A stretch of 63,365 nt of DNA, filler included, from Octopus bimaculoides (taxonomy: Eukaryota), in the NCBI RefSeq assembly GCF_001194135.2. It is 4 parts of 4 records of this genome, joined end to end, with 100 filler letters (N's around TTAATTAATTAA, not from the genome) between each part and the next. Parts side by side here need not be neighbours in the genome. Positions count along the whole stretch, not along the records: positions 30,311 to 40,427 come from NC_068986.1; positions 40,528 to 58,989 come from NC_068984.1; 2 more parts are not named here. One strand, 5' to 3'. The notes under the pieces were generated by a model. The model did no database searches. It saw only the letters and a program-made list of their open reading frames with translations, and had not been told where the DNA came from. The translations under genes and the position numbers were made by a program. Below, piece after piece: positions 37,727-50,390 of the stretch. Positions within the stretch are counted from its first letter, which is position 1. Each line of letters starts with the position of its first letter.

Positions 37727-38391
37727 AGTGTGTGTGTGTGTGTGTACATATGTGTATGTTTGTATGTCCGTCTGTATAGCATGCCTGTTTGTATATATTT
37801 AAATATATATAAATATATATTTATTGATGTTTGCATTTTATATTATATTACATAATATTATATTATAAAGAAATAGCAATAAATATACTTTGTTCAAAAT
37901 GGCTGACAGAAACAGTCGTGCGAGTGATAAGCTACGTTTCATTGTATGGAAAAGATTTGCTGAGAGAAATTGAATTAATGCGGCAGCAGCGGCAGGTTGT
38001 TAGATTATGTAAGGCCATCAATAACTTGATACAGAGTCAGATATAGAGTTGAGTTGAACGGAAGCTTTATGGAACAAAATGACACCCCGATATGGAATCA
38101 TAGATTGAATAATACTCACATATTCACGTGCATACCTAGGCAAGTTATATATGCATGTATATAAATATATATACATATACCTATACATACATAGCACATT
38201 CACTCCACTACACTTTTAATACACTGTACATAAATATATCTATAACACATACACACACACATGTATATAAAAGTGTGTGTATATATATATAAAACTATCG
38301 ACCACCTATCCACTAATTTATATATGGGTGTTAGGTTTTCTTTCATAAATTAATGTGTATGTGAATGTGAATATATTTCTATACGTATGGT

Positions 38392-38485
<94 letters not shown>

Positions 38486-39342
38486 CTCACATACATAACA
38501 CTTATACACATATTCTTTCTCTCTTTCTCTCTCTTTCCCACTCACACAAATTGTATATGCATGTATGAATATACATGCATATATGTGTCTAGAAGTATAT
38601 GTGTGTTGTATTAGTGTACACATATATTATTTCTGGCAAACAAGGGAAATAGATGAAGTTTGAAATAAAGAATATGAGAAAAAGAAATCTTTTACCGGGT
38701 CGCTGAGTGAGATGGCGACATATAGTTTATTGAGTGCATACAAGAAAATTCTCATGTAAATAGAGTTCTATGTAATATAGTCTATTTCATATGAACGTAA
38801 AAAATATGTAGATCTGTGTGTCTATGCATATGAATGTGTATGAAATGAAACATAAATGCTCTCACACACGTTCACATTTCTTGTGTAGGTAGGTATATTT
38901 GTGCCTACGTGTGAATGTTAGTGTTTTTGTGCATATCTATAGTAATCTCAGGAATATATAGATTTTGTATAAACATAACGAAAATACTTTTATGTGAAAA
39001 ATCATCTTCGCTATATTCTCGATGAGCATGAAATGAATTCATGTTTAATGAAATAGCATAAATAGATATGATGATTGGTTATACGAAAAGGCATTGGAAA
39101 ATGCGTTCATGTTATACGTACATAAAGGTAACTATATACATTTATTAAATCTTCTCCGGACACAAACTCGTGTTCCTAGTACGCGCGGCAGTAAAAGAAG
39201 TGTCGATGTGCACTCAGTAAAAAGAGTAAGCTTTAACAGAAAACATGTTCATATACAAATCTGGTGAAATAGAGAATCTAAAGCTGGATTGCAAAAAGGA
39301 AACAAAAATTTCAAGAATATTTATTAAAACATATATACGATT

Positions 39343-39510
39343 GTGTAGGAGTGGCTGTGTGGTAAGTAGCTTGCTTACGAACCACATGGTTTCGGGTTCA
39401 GTCCCACTGCGTGGCACCTTAGGTAAGTGTTTTCTATTATAGCCTCGGGCTGACCAATGCCTTGTGAGTGGATTTGGTGGACGGAAACTGAAAGAAGCCC
39501 GTCGTATATA
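39343..39510 (+). mobile_element. SINE family A 5' half
   Basis: GGAGTGGCTGTGTGGTAAGTAGCTTGCTTACGAACCACATGG. Confidence 0.85.
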
Positions 39511-39514
39511 TATA

Positions 39515-40427
39515 TTTAAAAAAAGGCTATATGCAGAGGCTGTACGAACTGCAGTAGCTGAGCAGCAAGCTTTTTTAAGCGTGGCCCAGAAAATGGTACA
39601 ACAGTTAACGTGGATGCAGAGGGTACAGAGTCAACGCCACACGAACCATTGTCCAAGACCACCACAGATGATGGATCAGGGATGGCCACCGCTAACACCA
39701 GGAACCCCTGCACAGATATCACACCCATATTCCTACTGAATATCCGGGGCCTATTACGAAGAGGCGGCAAAGACATGTTCCTATACTTGAAAGACCTAGT
39801 AACATGCAATCAAGCAATATGCATGGTGGTTACCGAAACGCATCTAACACCTAATATAGCAGATGCGGAAATAAATATACCAGAGTATGCCGTACTCCGA
39901 ACAGACAGAAGGGATAGAAGTCATGGGGGAGTNNNNNNNNNNNNNNNNNNNNNNNNNNNNNNNNNNNNNNNNNNNNNNNNNNNNNNNNNNNNNNNNNNNN
40001 NNNNNNNNNNNNNNNNNNNNNNNNNNNNNNNNNNNNNNNNNNNNNNNNNNNNNNNNNNNNNNNNNNNNNNNNNNNNNNNNNNNNNNNNNNGCAATGTACA
40101 TTCGAGAAGATGTCACACCCCTACTACTACTATCACACTCTAACTCTATATGTGATACTTTAATAGTACACATAAAACAAATTGATGTAGTTGTATGCTC
40201 AACATACCGTCCACCAAATACCGCAAAGCAGGAAGGTAAATTTGAGGACAGCCTGAGACGCATAGAAGAGGTCCTGGCAAATCTGGACCAACACATCAAC
40301 ATTCTTTTCCTAGGCGACTTTAACCTCCCAAATGTTAAATGGCCTGAAGGTCACATCCTCTCTGGGATGTCACTGCATGAACAAAGCCAGGCAAAACCAT
40401 TGCTAGAACTATCCAACATGCTGTTCA
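39515..40427 (+). mobile_element. CR1/L2-group LINE fragment: probable ORF1 tail (39515-39739) overlapping ORF2 APE endonuclease (39610-40427)
   Basis: LLNIRGL, VTETHL, RTDRRDRSHGG, YRPP, GDFNLPNVKW APE motifs. Confidence 0.85.
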
Positions 40428-40527
40428 NNNNNNNNNNNNNNNNNNNNNNNNNNNNNNNNNNNNNNNNNNNNTTAATTAATTAANNNNNNNNNNNNNNNNN
40501 NNNNNNNNNNNNNNNNNNNNNNNNNNN

Positions 40528-41525
40528 ACCGTGGTCGGCTGGGTAGGAACAGTAATTACCAGTGAGAAGAGAGTCCGGACGAAAGGTGCCGTGGAGATGT
40601 TGGTGAAACGTCGCCTAGGAGTTCTGGGAGAGCTGATCGCCGAGTTCGGACTGAAGCTGAACGTGGTTTTCGTGCCTTTGGAAAGAAACAGGGCAGACAC
40701 ACTGACCAGGGTGAAAAGGGCGTGGCTGGAGGAACCGGAGGAAGCAAGGAAAGGGATAGTGGCAGCGTGTCGGCTGGGTGACTCCGAACTGAAGGAGCTA
40801 CATGCTATGCACCACTTGGGGGTGGATAGGACCCTGTATCTGGTGAAAATGGTTGATGCTGACGCGACTAGGAGAAACATCAAGAAAGTGGTCGCGAAAT
40901 GTGACAGATGCCAGTCCATTGACCCCGCCCCGGGTGGGCATGAGCAGGGGAACCTCTCAGTAGAGCGCAACTGGAAGAGACTGGCTGTGGATGTGACGCA
41001 CTACCGTCAGGAAATGTATCTTAGCATGGTCGACTGCGGGCCGGGCCGGCTGGCTATTTGGAGGGAGCTGAGGACAGGCATTGCCGATAAGATTGCCCGC
41101 ATTCTGAACGGGATATTCTTGGAGAGGGGTCCCGTGGAAGAACTGCTAATGGACAACGGGGCGGCGTTTCGTTCGGAAGCGTTGGGAGATATGCTTGACC
41201 TGTGGAAGGTGCGACGATTATTTAGAGCGGCGTATAGGCCGAGTGGCAATGGAATCGTTGAGAGGCACCATCGGACGATCAAGGCCATGGCTGAAAGGGG
41301 GCACATTTTGCCCCTGGAAGCGGTCTACTGGTACAACATGTCTCCCTGATCTGGACAAGCGAAAGAGTCTGTGCTGCACAGAGCGGTGTTCAAATATGAA
41401 TGGAGGCATCCCAGTAAGACGCTGGAGTTCTGCGAGGAAGAGAAGGGACCTGCCGGCGTGAAAGTAGGGGAGGAAGTTTGGGTCAAGCTGCCGAAGGCAC
41501 GCTGCACATCACAATGGGGCAGGGG
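40528..41525 (+). mobile_element. Ty3/Gypsy LTR retrotransposon pol fragment: RNase H end and integrase
   Basis: NRADTLTR; HHCC zinc motif HAMHHLGVDRT...CDRCQSID; DDE core AVDVTHY, DNGAAFRS, NGIVERHHRTIK; single internal TGA at 41347-41349. Confidence 0.9.
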
Positions 41526-42811
41526 NNNNNNNNNNNNNNNNNNNNNNNNNNNNNNNNNNNNNNNNNNNNNNNNNNNNNNNNNNNNNNNNNNNNNNNNNNN
41601 NNNNNNNNNNNNNNNNNNNNNNNNNNNNNNNNNNNNNNNNNNNNNNNNNNNNNNNNNNNNNNNNNNNNNNNNNNNNNNNNNNNNNNNNNNNNNNNNNNNN
41701 NNNNATGACGTCAGTGTCTGGGGAGGCTGACCGGAAGGGCGAGTTGACCGGAAGAGGAAAAAGGGCAGAGGGAGCCTCGATCGAGATTCGTGCCCTTTTC
41801 GAACGGGGTCGTGGTCAGGACGAGACGTGTTAAGCGACGGTCTAGGTTTGGGAGAAGCAGCTGCTATTCCTGGTGTTCTTTGGGTCGGGGCAAGCTTCAA
41901 GGATTGGATACCGCAAGACAGAGTCGCAGTCGACGAAAGGAAAACCGAGGTAAGGCGATTACATCTACTCGCACGCATACACCACAGCAACCATAACCTG
42001 TAATATTTCATGACTGGCAGGTTTGGAAGGTATTGATTAAAATTTGCAACGTAAAATATTAATTCATAACATAAAATATCATCTATCATTTAAAAGTGAA
42101 AAATGATTAGGATTATAAAACTTTATTATTCATCTCAATTTACCATCAAACCAATTAGAATCCACTAAAATTCCTTTGCTATGTCTCATTTTGGGAAATA
42201 AATTCCTGAAGCAACTGTAATCAGATTTATTTCTTCTGTTCTTTTTTTGTGTTACAAGTTTGCCAGAAAATTCAACTTCTCTTGTGTCAATCTTGACCAA
42301 AGACATGATTATTTTTCTCTGTGGCTAGTAAAATCTGCATTAAAGGAAGATCAGGCATTGGAAGTAAGGGAGGAAGTTGACATCATGGGAAAAAGCATGA
42401 CTGGACATGTGTAGTATCGTTTACCTGAACACAAACATCTTGGCATTCATCTAAAACCTTTATGGAACCCAAAAGTTGTGCATTAATCCCAAACTCCCTT
42501 TACAGAATGTCCTGTGGTATGAATAATAAAGTTTTATAATCACTATTGTTTTGCACTTTTAATATTTTATGTTACAAATTGATATTTTGCATTGCAAATT
42601 TTAATCAACACCTTCCAAACCTGTGAGCTACACATTCTGCTGGGAAAATGCTTTTTTGGAGATCTGGAAAAAGATTCTAGGGATGTTGGGTTTGACATCA
42701 GGTGATAAGGGTCAGGCATACCACATTACCTATCCCCTTCTCTTCTTCTATCTGTCATGGATATGGGTTAGTATGGGCAGTTAGGAGTCCTCATTTTAAT
42801 GCCTATATGAC

Positions 42812-42845
42812 CTGGTCTAAACAGAGTGCACTCTGTTTAGACCAG
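42812..42845. other. perfect 34-bp palindrome with no spacer
   Basis: CTGGTCTAAACAGAGTG|CACTCTGTTTAGACCAG. Confidence 0.95.
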
Positions 42846-43246
42846 CAGTTGCAACTCATTTGCTCAGCTCTCCCATGATTCGTATGCCTAAGGCAACCCT
42901 GGTCCACGTGGGGTATGTGCTACCCCATCCCTGGAGGTCAGGACATTGCTGTGGTAAATTGGTGCTCTCGGTGACCTGGTTTTGTTTGCCATGGGTCCCA
43001 AGCTCAATTGACCCATGTTGGGAAAGTAAACAGTCAATAAGTTCTCACCACTGATTCTGTTAACATTAATCATATGTTAACATTCCTCATACCTTTACAT
43101 CCCTCCAGGGCTAGTTTAAGCTTGGTGTCTGGGATAAAATTAATTCTATTGTTGTATTCAGCTCTCCTAAGTGCTTCATTATAGTATTTCATGTCATTGT
43201 AGAAAATCCATTCATTGATGGAAAGGTTGGAAACCTTAATTGAGAT

Positions 43247-43423
43247 ACATTAGTTACATTATTTACATTATTTACATTTGATGTCTATTTGTCCTCATCT
43301 TGTTTGTTGTTAACATAACGTTTCGGCTGATATACCCTCCAGCCTTCATCAGGTGTCTTGGGGAAATTTTGAACCTGGGTTCTCATTCCTAAGGTATTTT
43401 TTGATGTTCTTCTTCTTCTTCTT

Positions 43424-43454
<31 letters not shown>

Positions 43455-43577
43455 TTATTATTATTATTCAGGTCACGGCCTGGAATCGAACTCGAAATCT
43501 TGGGGTTAGTTGCCCGCATTCTTAACCACTATGCCATATGCCATATGGCATAGTGGTTAAGAGTGCGGGCTACTAAC
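43247..43577 (-). mobile_element. ORF-less tRNA-headed, hammerhead-bearing SINE-like element with inverted head duplication
   Basis: Same head, spacer, core and tail as 7270-7528; 36-bp inverted repeat 43505-43540 / 43542-43577 (34 of 36 match). Confidence 0.85.
43312..43357 (-). ncRNA. minimal type I hammerhead ribozyme
   Basis: GACAC-CUGAUGA-A-GGCUG(GAGGGUAUAU)CAGCC-GAA-ACGU-U/AUGUU: perfect 5-bp stem II, one mismatch in stem I. Confidence 0.7.
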
Positions 43578-44056
43578 TAAACTTTCATCGGAAGATGAAA
43601 GCAGTAAGGACTAGCAAATAACCAGAAAAGGAAGGAGGAAGAGGACAAAAAAAAAAAAAGAACAAAAGCAAACACAAACACAACTCCTGAAGACATTTTG
43701 AACTCTGACACAAACAACACCAACACCACAAAAACAATGATGCTCACAGCCATAAACACTAAAAACAGAGTTAATGGAATACATGGAAACAAACCTAACA
43801 GAAGATGACATAAAAACAAGCAACCACCCACACACAACACCACCAAACACGTCAAAATTTTGCACATAACACTCACCTTGCACTACACACTAAAATCTCT
43901 CTACCCCAATGCAGTAGAGGGATGTCAAAAATACTCCTCAAAAAAACTATACAGCAACCTCCTTGATGAAAAATCAAAGGAGGAGACAAAAATTTCGAAC
44001 GGAAAACAACTCTCTGTTCCTTTCATTTGTGTTTTAAAACACGACTCATTAGGATC

Positions 44057-47000
44057 ATGATCAAGATTGGTTGTGTGAATGCGTGTGGCTTGGGGACCCC
44101 TTGGAAACAAGGGTACCTCTTAAATGACATAAAGTCACATGAGTTAGGAATTATAGCCATAAGTGAGACCAGCATTCACGGCCCTGAAGTCCATGTTTGG
44201 CAGACGGTTTTACATTTATTTTTCTCCCTGTCTAACAAGAATGGGCAGTAGTGGCATGGCGGTACTTTTTCGCACGAGTCTGGATCTCGAAGTAAAGACG
44301 ATATTCGTAGACCTGGAGGGTAGACTGGTTGTCCTGGATATCGACGACAGCAATGGGTGTGCTTTTCAACTCATATCAGTCTATGCACCGCCTTTAACAG
44401 GTCAGCCAGATTTCTTTCGATGTCTAGAAGTATTCCTAGAAACGTCTCGTCCTTTACTTTTAGTGGGGGATTGGAATGCTACCTTGGACACGCATCTAGA
44501 CTACGTGGGGAGAGATAGGAATAGAAGGGGATGCAAATGCCTCAGAGACCTGCTCAGACACTTTCAACTGTCTAACAGGTACCGACTCAACCACCCAAAT
44601 GCACCAATGTGCACATGGAGCAACCGCATTGGGTCGTCGAGATCGTATTTAGATAGAATACTGTGTAGGACAGTAGATAGAGATAGCTTAGGATGACCAC
44701 AATTCCACATAGTCAGCTACATGGATCACAAACTCATGACGTGTACGCTAGACTTAGATAAGGCACATAGGCAGGGTCCCTGTTACTGGAAACTGAACGC
44801 ATCTTTCCCGTCGAGACAGGTTTTCAGAGACTGGATTAGTATGCTATTAAAGAGGGCTTTTACAGGAGCAGTCATCAACAACAAATGGTGGTTTGCCCTC
44901 AAGAGAGCAATAAAAGCAGAAGCGATTAGGTATAGCAAAGCACTAGTGATAGATTAAAACAGAGTAAAGGATGGCCTAGTTAAGAATCTAGAAGAGGCGA
45001 TTAGAAGTGGTATCGCATCCGACGTATTGGCGGCGAGGTTGGCCCTCGACCAACACTTCAACGCCAAACACGAAGGGTGTGTTGTCAGGGCTAGGATGCA
45101 CGCTCTAAGGAACGAAGGTGTTGGAACCGCGTGAGAGGCCCGGGTGGCGGAGGTGCAACAGAGCAACAAAGCCACCATTCGGTCTCTGGTAGATGAACAG
45201 GGGCATGAATTACTCGAGCCCAGTAAAATGTGTGAGGCCTTTCAGCAACATTTTCCCCGACTGTGCGGGACGAGTGGCGAGCGAGAACGCAGGGTGGACT
45301 TCAGAGCCTACTTGCACGGCCTGTCATNNNNNNNNNNNNNNNNNNNNGGTGCCATCATGGCGGCGGACGTGCGGGACGCGATGGCAGAATGCTCGAGAGA
45401 CAAATCGCTGTGTTTGGATGGTCTGCTCTACGAGCTTTACAGTTGTATGCCAGACTTGTTTGGAGACGTCTTGACACCAGTGTACTGCAACTGGCAGCAA
45501 ACAGGGAGCATCCCCAGTTTTGTGAGCCAAGGAGCCGTAACGCTGCTGAAGAAAGATCCAAACAAGGGGGACGTAATAGATAACTTTAGGCCCATCACTC
45601 TGCTCAATGCAGATTTGAAAATTTTGGTCAAGGTGTCAGCCAAGAGGTTGGCGCTTGTCATCGAGAAACTGGTCGAAAAGGCTCAAACGTGCGCTGTGCC
45701 GGGGAGGAGCATCCATGACAACCTCCATCTGATGCACTACATCATAGACAGGGTAGTTAAGGAACCTGGCATGGATGGGGCCCTGATCAAATTGGATCAA
45801 TCCAAAGCTTTCGATAGGGTAGACTATCGATACTTGGAGGCTGTCCTCATAGCAGCTGGTTTAGGTCCCATCTTCCGCAGCTGGATAGCTGCCTTGTACA
45901 GATGCATCCGTTCGGTAATTCTCGTGAATGGGCATCTGTCGAGACCTTTCGACATTGCACATTCGATCTGTCAGGGATGCCCCTTCTCGTCACTTCTGTA
46001 CGTATTGACTCTCAAGCCACTACTGCGGAAGCTGGCGATGCTCAGGGGCATCCCGTGAGAATTGGGATGCGGGACAAGTGTGTCGGCATACGCGGACGAC
46101 GTCACCGTCATAGTGTCTAGCAACGACCACACCAAGCAGGTCGGTGAGACACTAAAAAACTACGAAGTGGTAACAGGAGCAAAAATCAACCAGGAAAAGT
46201 CAGTGGACTTGCGGCTCGGCACCTGGAGAAGCAAGCCTATGTCGTGGGAAGCTAGACCGACGGTCCGGTCAAGTTGCTAGGGGTCTGGTTTGGTCCAGAC
46301 CTCCAAACAGAGAAGAACTGGGACGAGATGAGTAGGGTGGCCACTTTCGCCCGGCAATGTGCTGAGAGGAAGCTGTCCCTAAAAGGTCGGGCGAAGGTGG
46401 CGAACGCATACATCGCGTCCGTAATCTACTACCACCTAACCGTTGTCCCTTATCCCGACCCTCCCATCACCAAACTGGAATGCATCCTCTTCCGCCTCTT
46501 GTGGAAAGGACGTGTTCCGATGATCAGGCGATCCGTTTGCTGCCAACACCTGCTGTAAGGAGGGCTAGGCATGCTGTGATTAATGATGCGCAGACATGCG
46601 CTGAGCCTGCGATACCTCCAGCTCTATGTAGATGACAGTGGACAGGTGTGGTCACCGTTTGTGCGGCATGATTTCCCGCAGCTCGTCTCCATGACCAATT
46701 TCAGTCATGGATCAAGAAGAGAAAGAGGAAGGGCGAATGGCACCACAAGTGTCACGTTGCTCTCGAGCAACTATGCTGTCCCGGGTTGACCTTAAGCGAC
46801 TGCATCACAACCAAAGCATTCTATAGGGGACTAGTTGTTTCTTTCCCGGATGGATACAATTGTGCAGAGTCCGTTTGTCTCAATATGAAAAAGCTGTTTG
46901 AATGTCGACGTTTGAAGATATTTGTAACTGAAGTTAAAAAAAACATAGTAATTAGAAAGAGCGTAAGCTATAGCTTTTTTTTTTTAATGCACAAAAAATT

Positions 47001-48258
47001 GAAATTATTTTTTTCTGTGCCTCTGATTAAAATTTTCCAAAAACAAACCCAGCCACATTACTTGGAAAAAAATAATCTTTATTGTGCTGGTTTTTCGTAA
47101 AATTTCGCGCATAGGAAAGGCAACAGAATCGCCCCTCCCCACTTTGAATGGGATATTCCTATCTTAAAAAGTAATAATCGATTATCTCGGTAACCATGGG
47201 AGTTGGAGGGCAATAAAAATCTGAACAAGTGCGGACCATGCTACCGCTCTGTGCTGAATTTCACACGATTCCACTACACCGTTCTTGAGTGAATCTGCTG
47301 ACACTCAATCAATCAATCAATCAATCAATCAAGCAATCAAGAACACTGCAATTTATAGTATAGATTAGTGGAGAGGAGGTACGACGACAATCTTGGGGCG
47401 AACCTGGATGTCGACAGGGTATACCTGACCTGCCCGTTCAAGACGACTTTCGGGCCGGGACCTATGGACAACTTCTAGAGATCCCTGGCTTGGCAGTGCT
47501 ATCGAGAAGCGCTACCCGTTCTGGATAAGCTCTGCAGGCATGGCTCGAGAAACACGGTGCCGACCTGCCCAAGATGCGGTCAGAGCGACGAAACCATTCT
47601 GCACGCACTCGTGTAGTGTCCAACCATTTCCAGCCTCTAGGCTTATCTCGAAACAACTGCTGTCACGTGTGGGGCGAGTTGGTTTATCAGCCGAGTCTAT
47701 CGTCAATATTGTAGCGCCTCCTTCCTTCAAACTGAAAGGAAGAACCTTTTTCAGCATACTTGTAGCTATGGCGAAAGAATGTCTGGTGGACGTGTCTGAA
47801 AGGACTAGAGACAAACACTTACATCTCTGGTCAATCTCTCATTAACTTCTTCAAGTATCACTTGAAAAGGAAGGTGAGAGAGGGAAGGTATGTCTAGTGA
47901 ATGCCACAATATAAGATGGGTAAATGTAGCAAGGATGGCACGTGTGAATGACGGAGCCACCTTGAACATAATCCTATGAACCAGAAAAACAAAAGAAAAA
48001 TGAGAATTACTAACTGTAAATGTGTTATTGTATGACATTATTACCCGAGGTTACTGTGGTCTTTTTGGAACTACGTTTCTTTTCTTTTTGTACTATTTCG
48101 ATTTTTGTATATCCCAAACGATTTCGATTCCTTTTGATTGTTGTCCCTATTTTTATATTCTATTATTATATTTTTTTTGTTTTCGCTTCCCCTCGAAACG
48201 AAAAACTCTACATTGTATTTGTCCCCTCTGTGTTCGACCATGTGTGGCCAATAAAGTA
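44057..48258 (+). mobile_element. Tx1/L1-clade LINE ORF2 (APE-RT-CCHC), decayed, with 3' UTR
   Basis: MIKIGCVNACGL, ISET, VYAP, GDWNA, SYLDRI, YWKLNAS; RT NFRPITLLNADLKI, LDQSKAFDRV, QGCPFS, YADD; CPRCGQSDETILHAL zinc knuckle; AATAAA at 48250 followed by (CT)n. Confidence 0.9.
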
Positions 48259-48259
48259 A

Positions 48260-48336
<77 letters not shown>

Positions 48337-48349
48337 CATGTTTCTGCTT

Positions 48350-49335
48350 TAATATGTTTTGGTGTAATATTAAAGAGATCAGGGCCAATTGAGGTGAAAT
48401 AATTGTGCCGTATGATTGTGATCAGATGCGAGTGTGATTTATGTTGTGGGCGGATAGCATGGGGCCCAAGTCTAGGATGTATCTTAAAGGTGATGCCAAC
48501 ATCATTTGGGTAATGCTGATAGAATATTTTCTACATCATACAGATGATGTAGCGCTCACGGTGTTGTAATTGATGTAGCGCTCACGGTGTTGTAATTGAC
48601 CTTTGAAGTGCTTCAGCTTTCATGATACTTTGATTCATGTGAGGAGACCACAGTGGACAATAGTATTCAAGGTGGGGTCGGGCAAAAGTGGAGAAGAGAA
48701 GGATAATGATGTGGATATCTTTTGACTGGAAAGTTCTGAGAATCCAGGAACACATTCTGCAGGCCAAGTCAACTTTGCTGTTTATATGACCTGCCCAGCT
48801 TATGTTGTTGTCCACAATTACTCCCATGTCTCTGATGCTGTTGGATGCCATGTGAGTTTCACCCGAAGGAAAGGAGTATGAGAGTTTCAGGGTATCCTCT
48901 TTTCAATGTGGATTAACTCAAATTTGTCCTCGTTCAGCAGCATATTATTCTTTTCCGCCCATTGGGTGACAGCCAATAAATTTGACTGAAGGCATGTCCG
49001 CTCACCCACTTCATTGGTGACTTTCTGGATCTTGGAATCATCTACGCAGATTATGTTGCTGTGCTTGTTGATGTCAGTAATGTCATTAATGTAAATGATG
49101 AAAAAAAGTGGACCCAATACAGTACCTAGTGGAACACTACTACTGACTTTGGCTGGGCTTTATTCTACTCCTTCGACTACAATGTATTGGGTTCTGTCTG
49201 TCAGGAAACACTTGATCCATTGTAGTAACTTTCCAGAGACACCAATGTTGGATAGTTTTTTCAAGAGCATCTTATGATCAACCCCATCAAAGGCCTTGCT
49301 GAAATCAAGGTAGATGACATCGGTGTTGGAGCCCC
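48350..49335 (-). mobile_element. CR1-group LINE RT fragment
   Basis: DVIYLDFSKAFDGVDH, VPLGTVLGPLFFIIYINDI, DMGVIVD, RPHLEY..PLWSPH. Confidence 0.9.
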
Positions 49336-49572
49336 CCCTCTCTCTCTCTCTATATATATATATATACATATAGATATATATACACACATATATATATACA
49401 TGTATATACATACACACACACACACACATATATATATANNNNNNNNNNNNNNNNNNNNNNNNNNNNNNNNNNNNNNNNNNNNNNNNNNNNNNNNNNNNNN
49501 NNNNNNNNNNNNNNNNNNNNNNNNNNNNNNNNNNNNNNNNNNNNNNNNNNNNNNNNNNNNNNNNNNNNNNNN

Positions 49573-49639
<67 letters not shown>

Positions 49640-50149
49640 GCAACAAGTGTTAATGGCAGAATAACATTCGAAATGCAAATCTGTGAATGAAAAATAAGTT
49701 CAGACATCTACATGGTAGGTAGACCTGGTAGAAATAGCAGCCAAATCTCCCTCAAAACACCCTACTGTATTAATGCGAGAATTCTGCGTATTATGTTAAG
49801 AAGTTGACGTTAAGAATTGCTTTAACAGAAAATTAAGCTGTAAGAATGAACGGGAAAATTGTGTGTAAGAATTAATAGCAGACGTATCCAATTTATGAAA
49901 AGTGAAGTATGGAATAAGTAATTGTTATACGCTTATAGAAAAAAAAATTTATATTATAGAAATTGATACATACCTGTTGAAGATTAAAATGAGCTAATGT
50001 TTTCGACACGTGTATAATCATAGATAAACTGAAAGACATGAAATTTCCGTTTGTGTGTGTATGTGTGTGTATTTTTGGCGGGATTTTTGCATTTTTGCAT
50101 TTAGCACGAGTTGGTTTGTTTTATCTGTCGATCAATGGCCAGACAAGTG

Positions 50150-50260
50150 AAAAGGGAAGGTGATCTTATGAAGTGAGTGCCGAATGAAGATACATGGCGA
50201 GTTTTATGACTGAACTTCTTTTGAAGTTGTGGTGAGAGGAGAAAATTCATGTTCGTGTGT
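50150..50260 (+). repeat. dispersed repeat; inverted homologue at 58360-58465
   Basis: ATCTTATGAAGTG...AGTTTTATGACTGAACTTCTTTTGA shared. Confidence 0.7.
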
Positions 50261-50353
50261 ATGTCTGTGTGTGTGTGAGTGTGTATGTTTGATGGGGTGT
50301 GCGCGACAAAGAGAGTAATGTTGATAGTGTATGTATATATGAGAGAGAGAGAG

Positions 50354-50390
<37 letters not shown>

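Noticed and set aside
41705-42000. Possible 3' LTR of the Gypsy element
   Set aside because: GC content fits, but it follows a gap and has no paired LTR, PPT or clear TG..CA ends.
43582-43601. 8-bp hairpin with GGAA tetraloop
   Set aside because: Short enough to arise by chance; no supporting context.
44057-44060. ATGA stop/start overlap suggesting ORF1-ORF2 coupling in the Tx1 element
   Set aside because: The upstream frame (43860-44060) shows no ORF1 hallmark such as a zinc knuckle or RRM and may not belong to the element.
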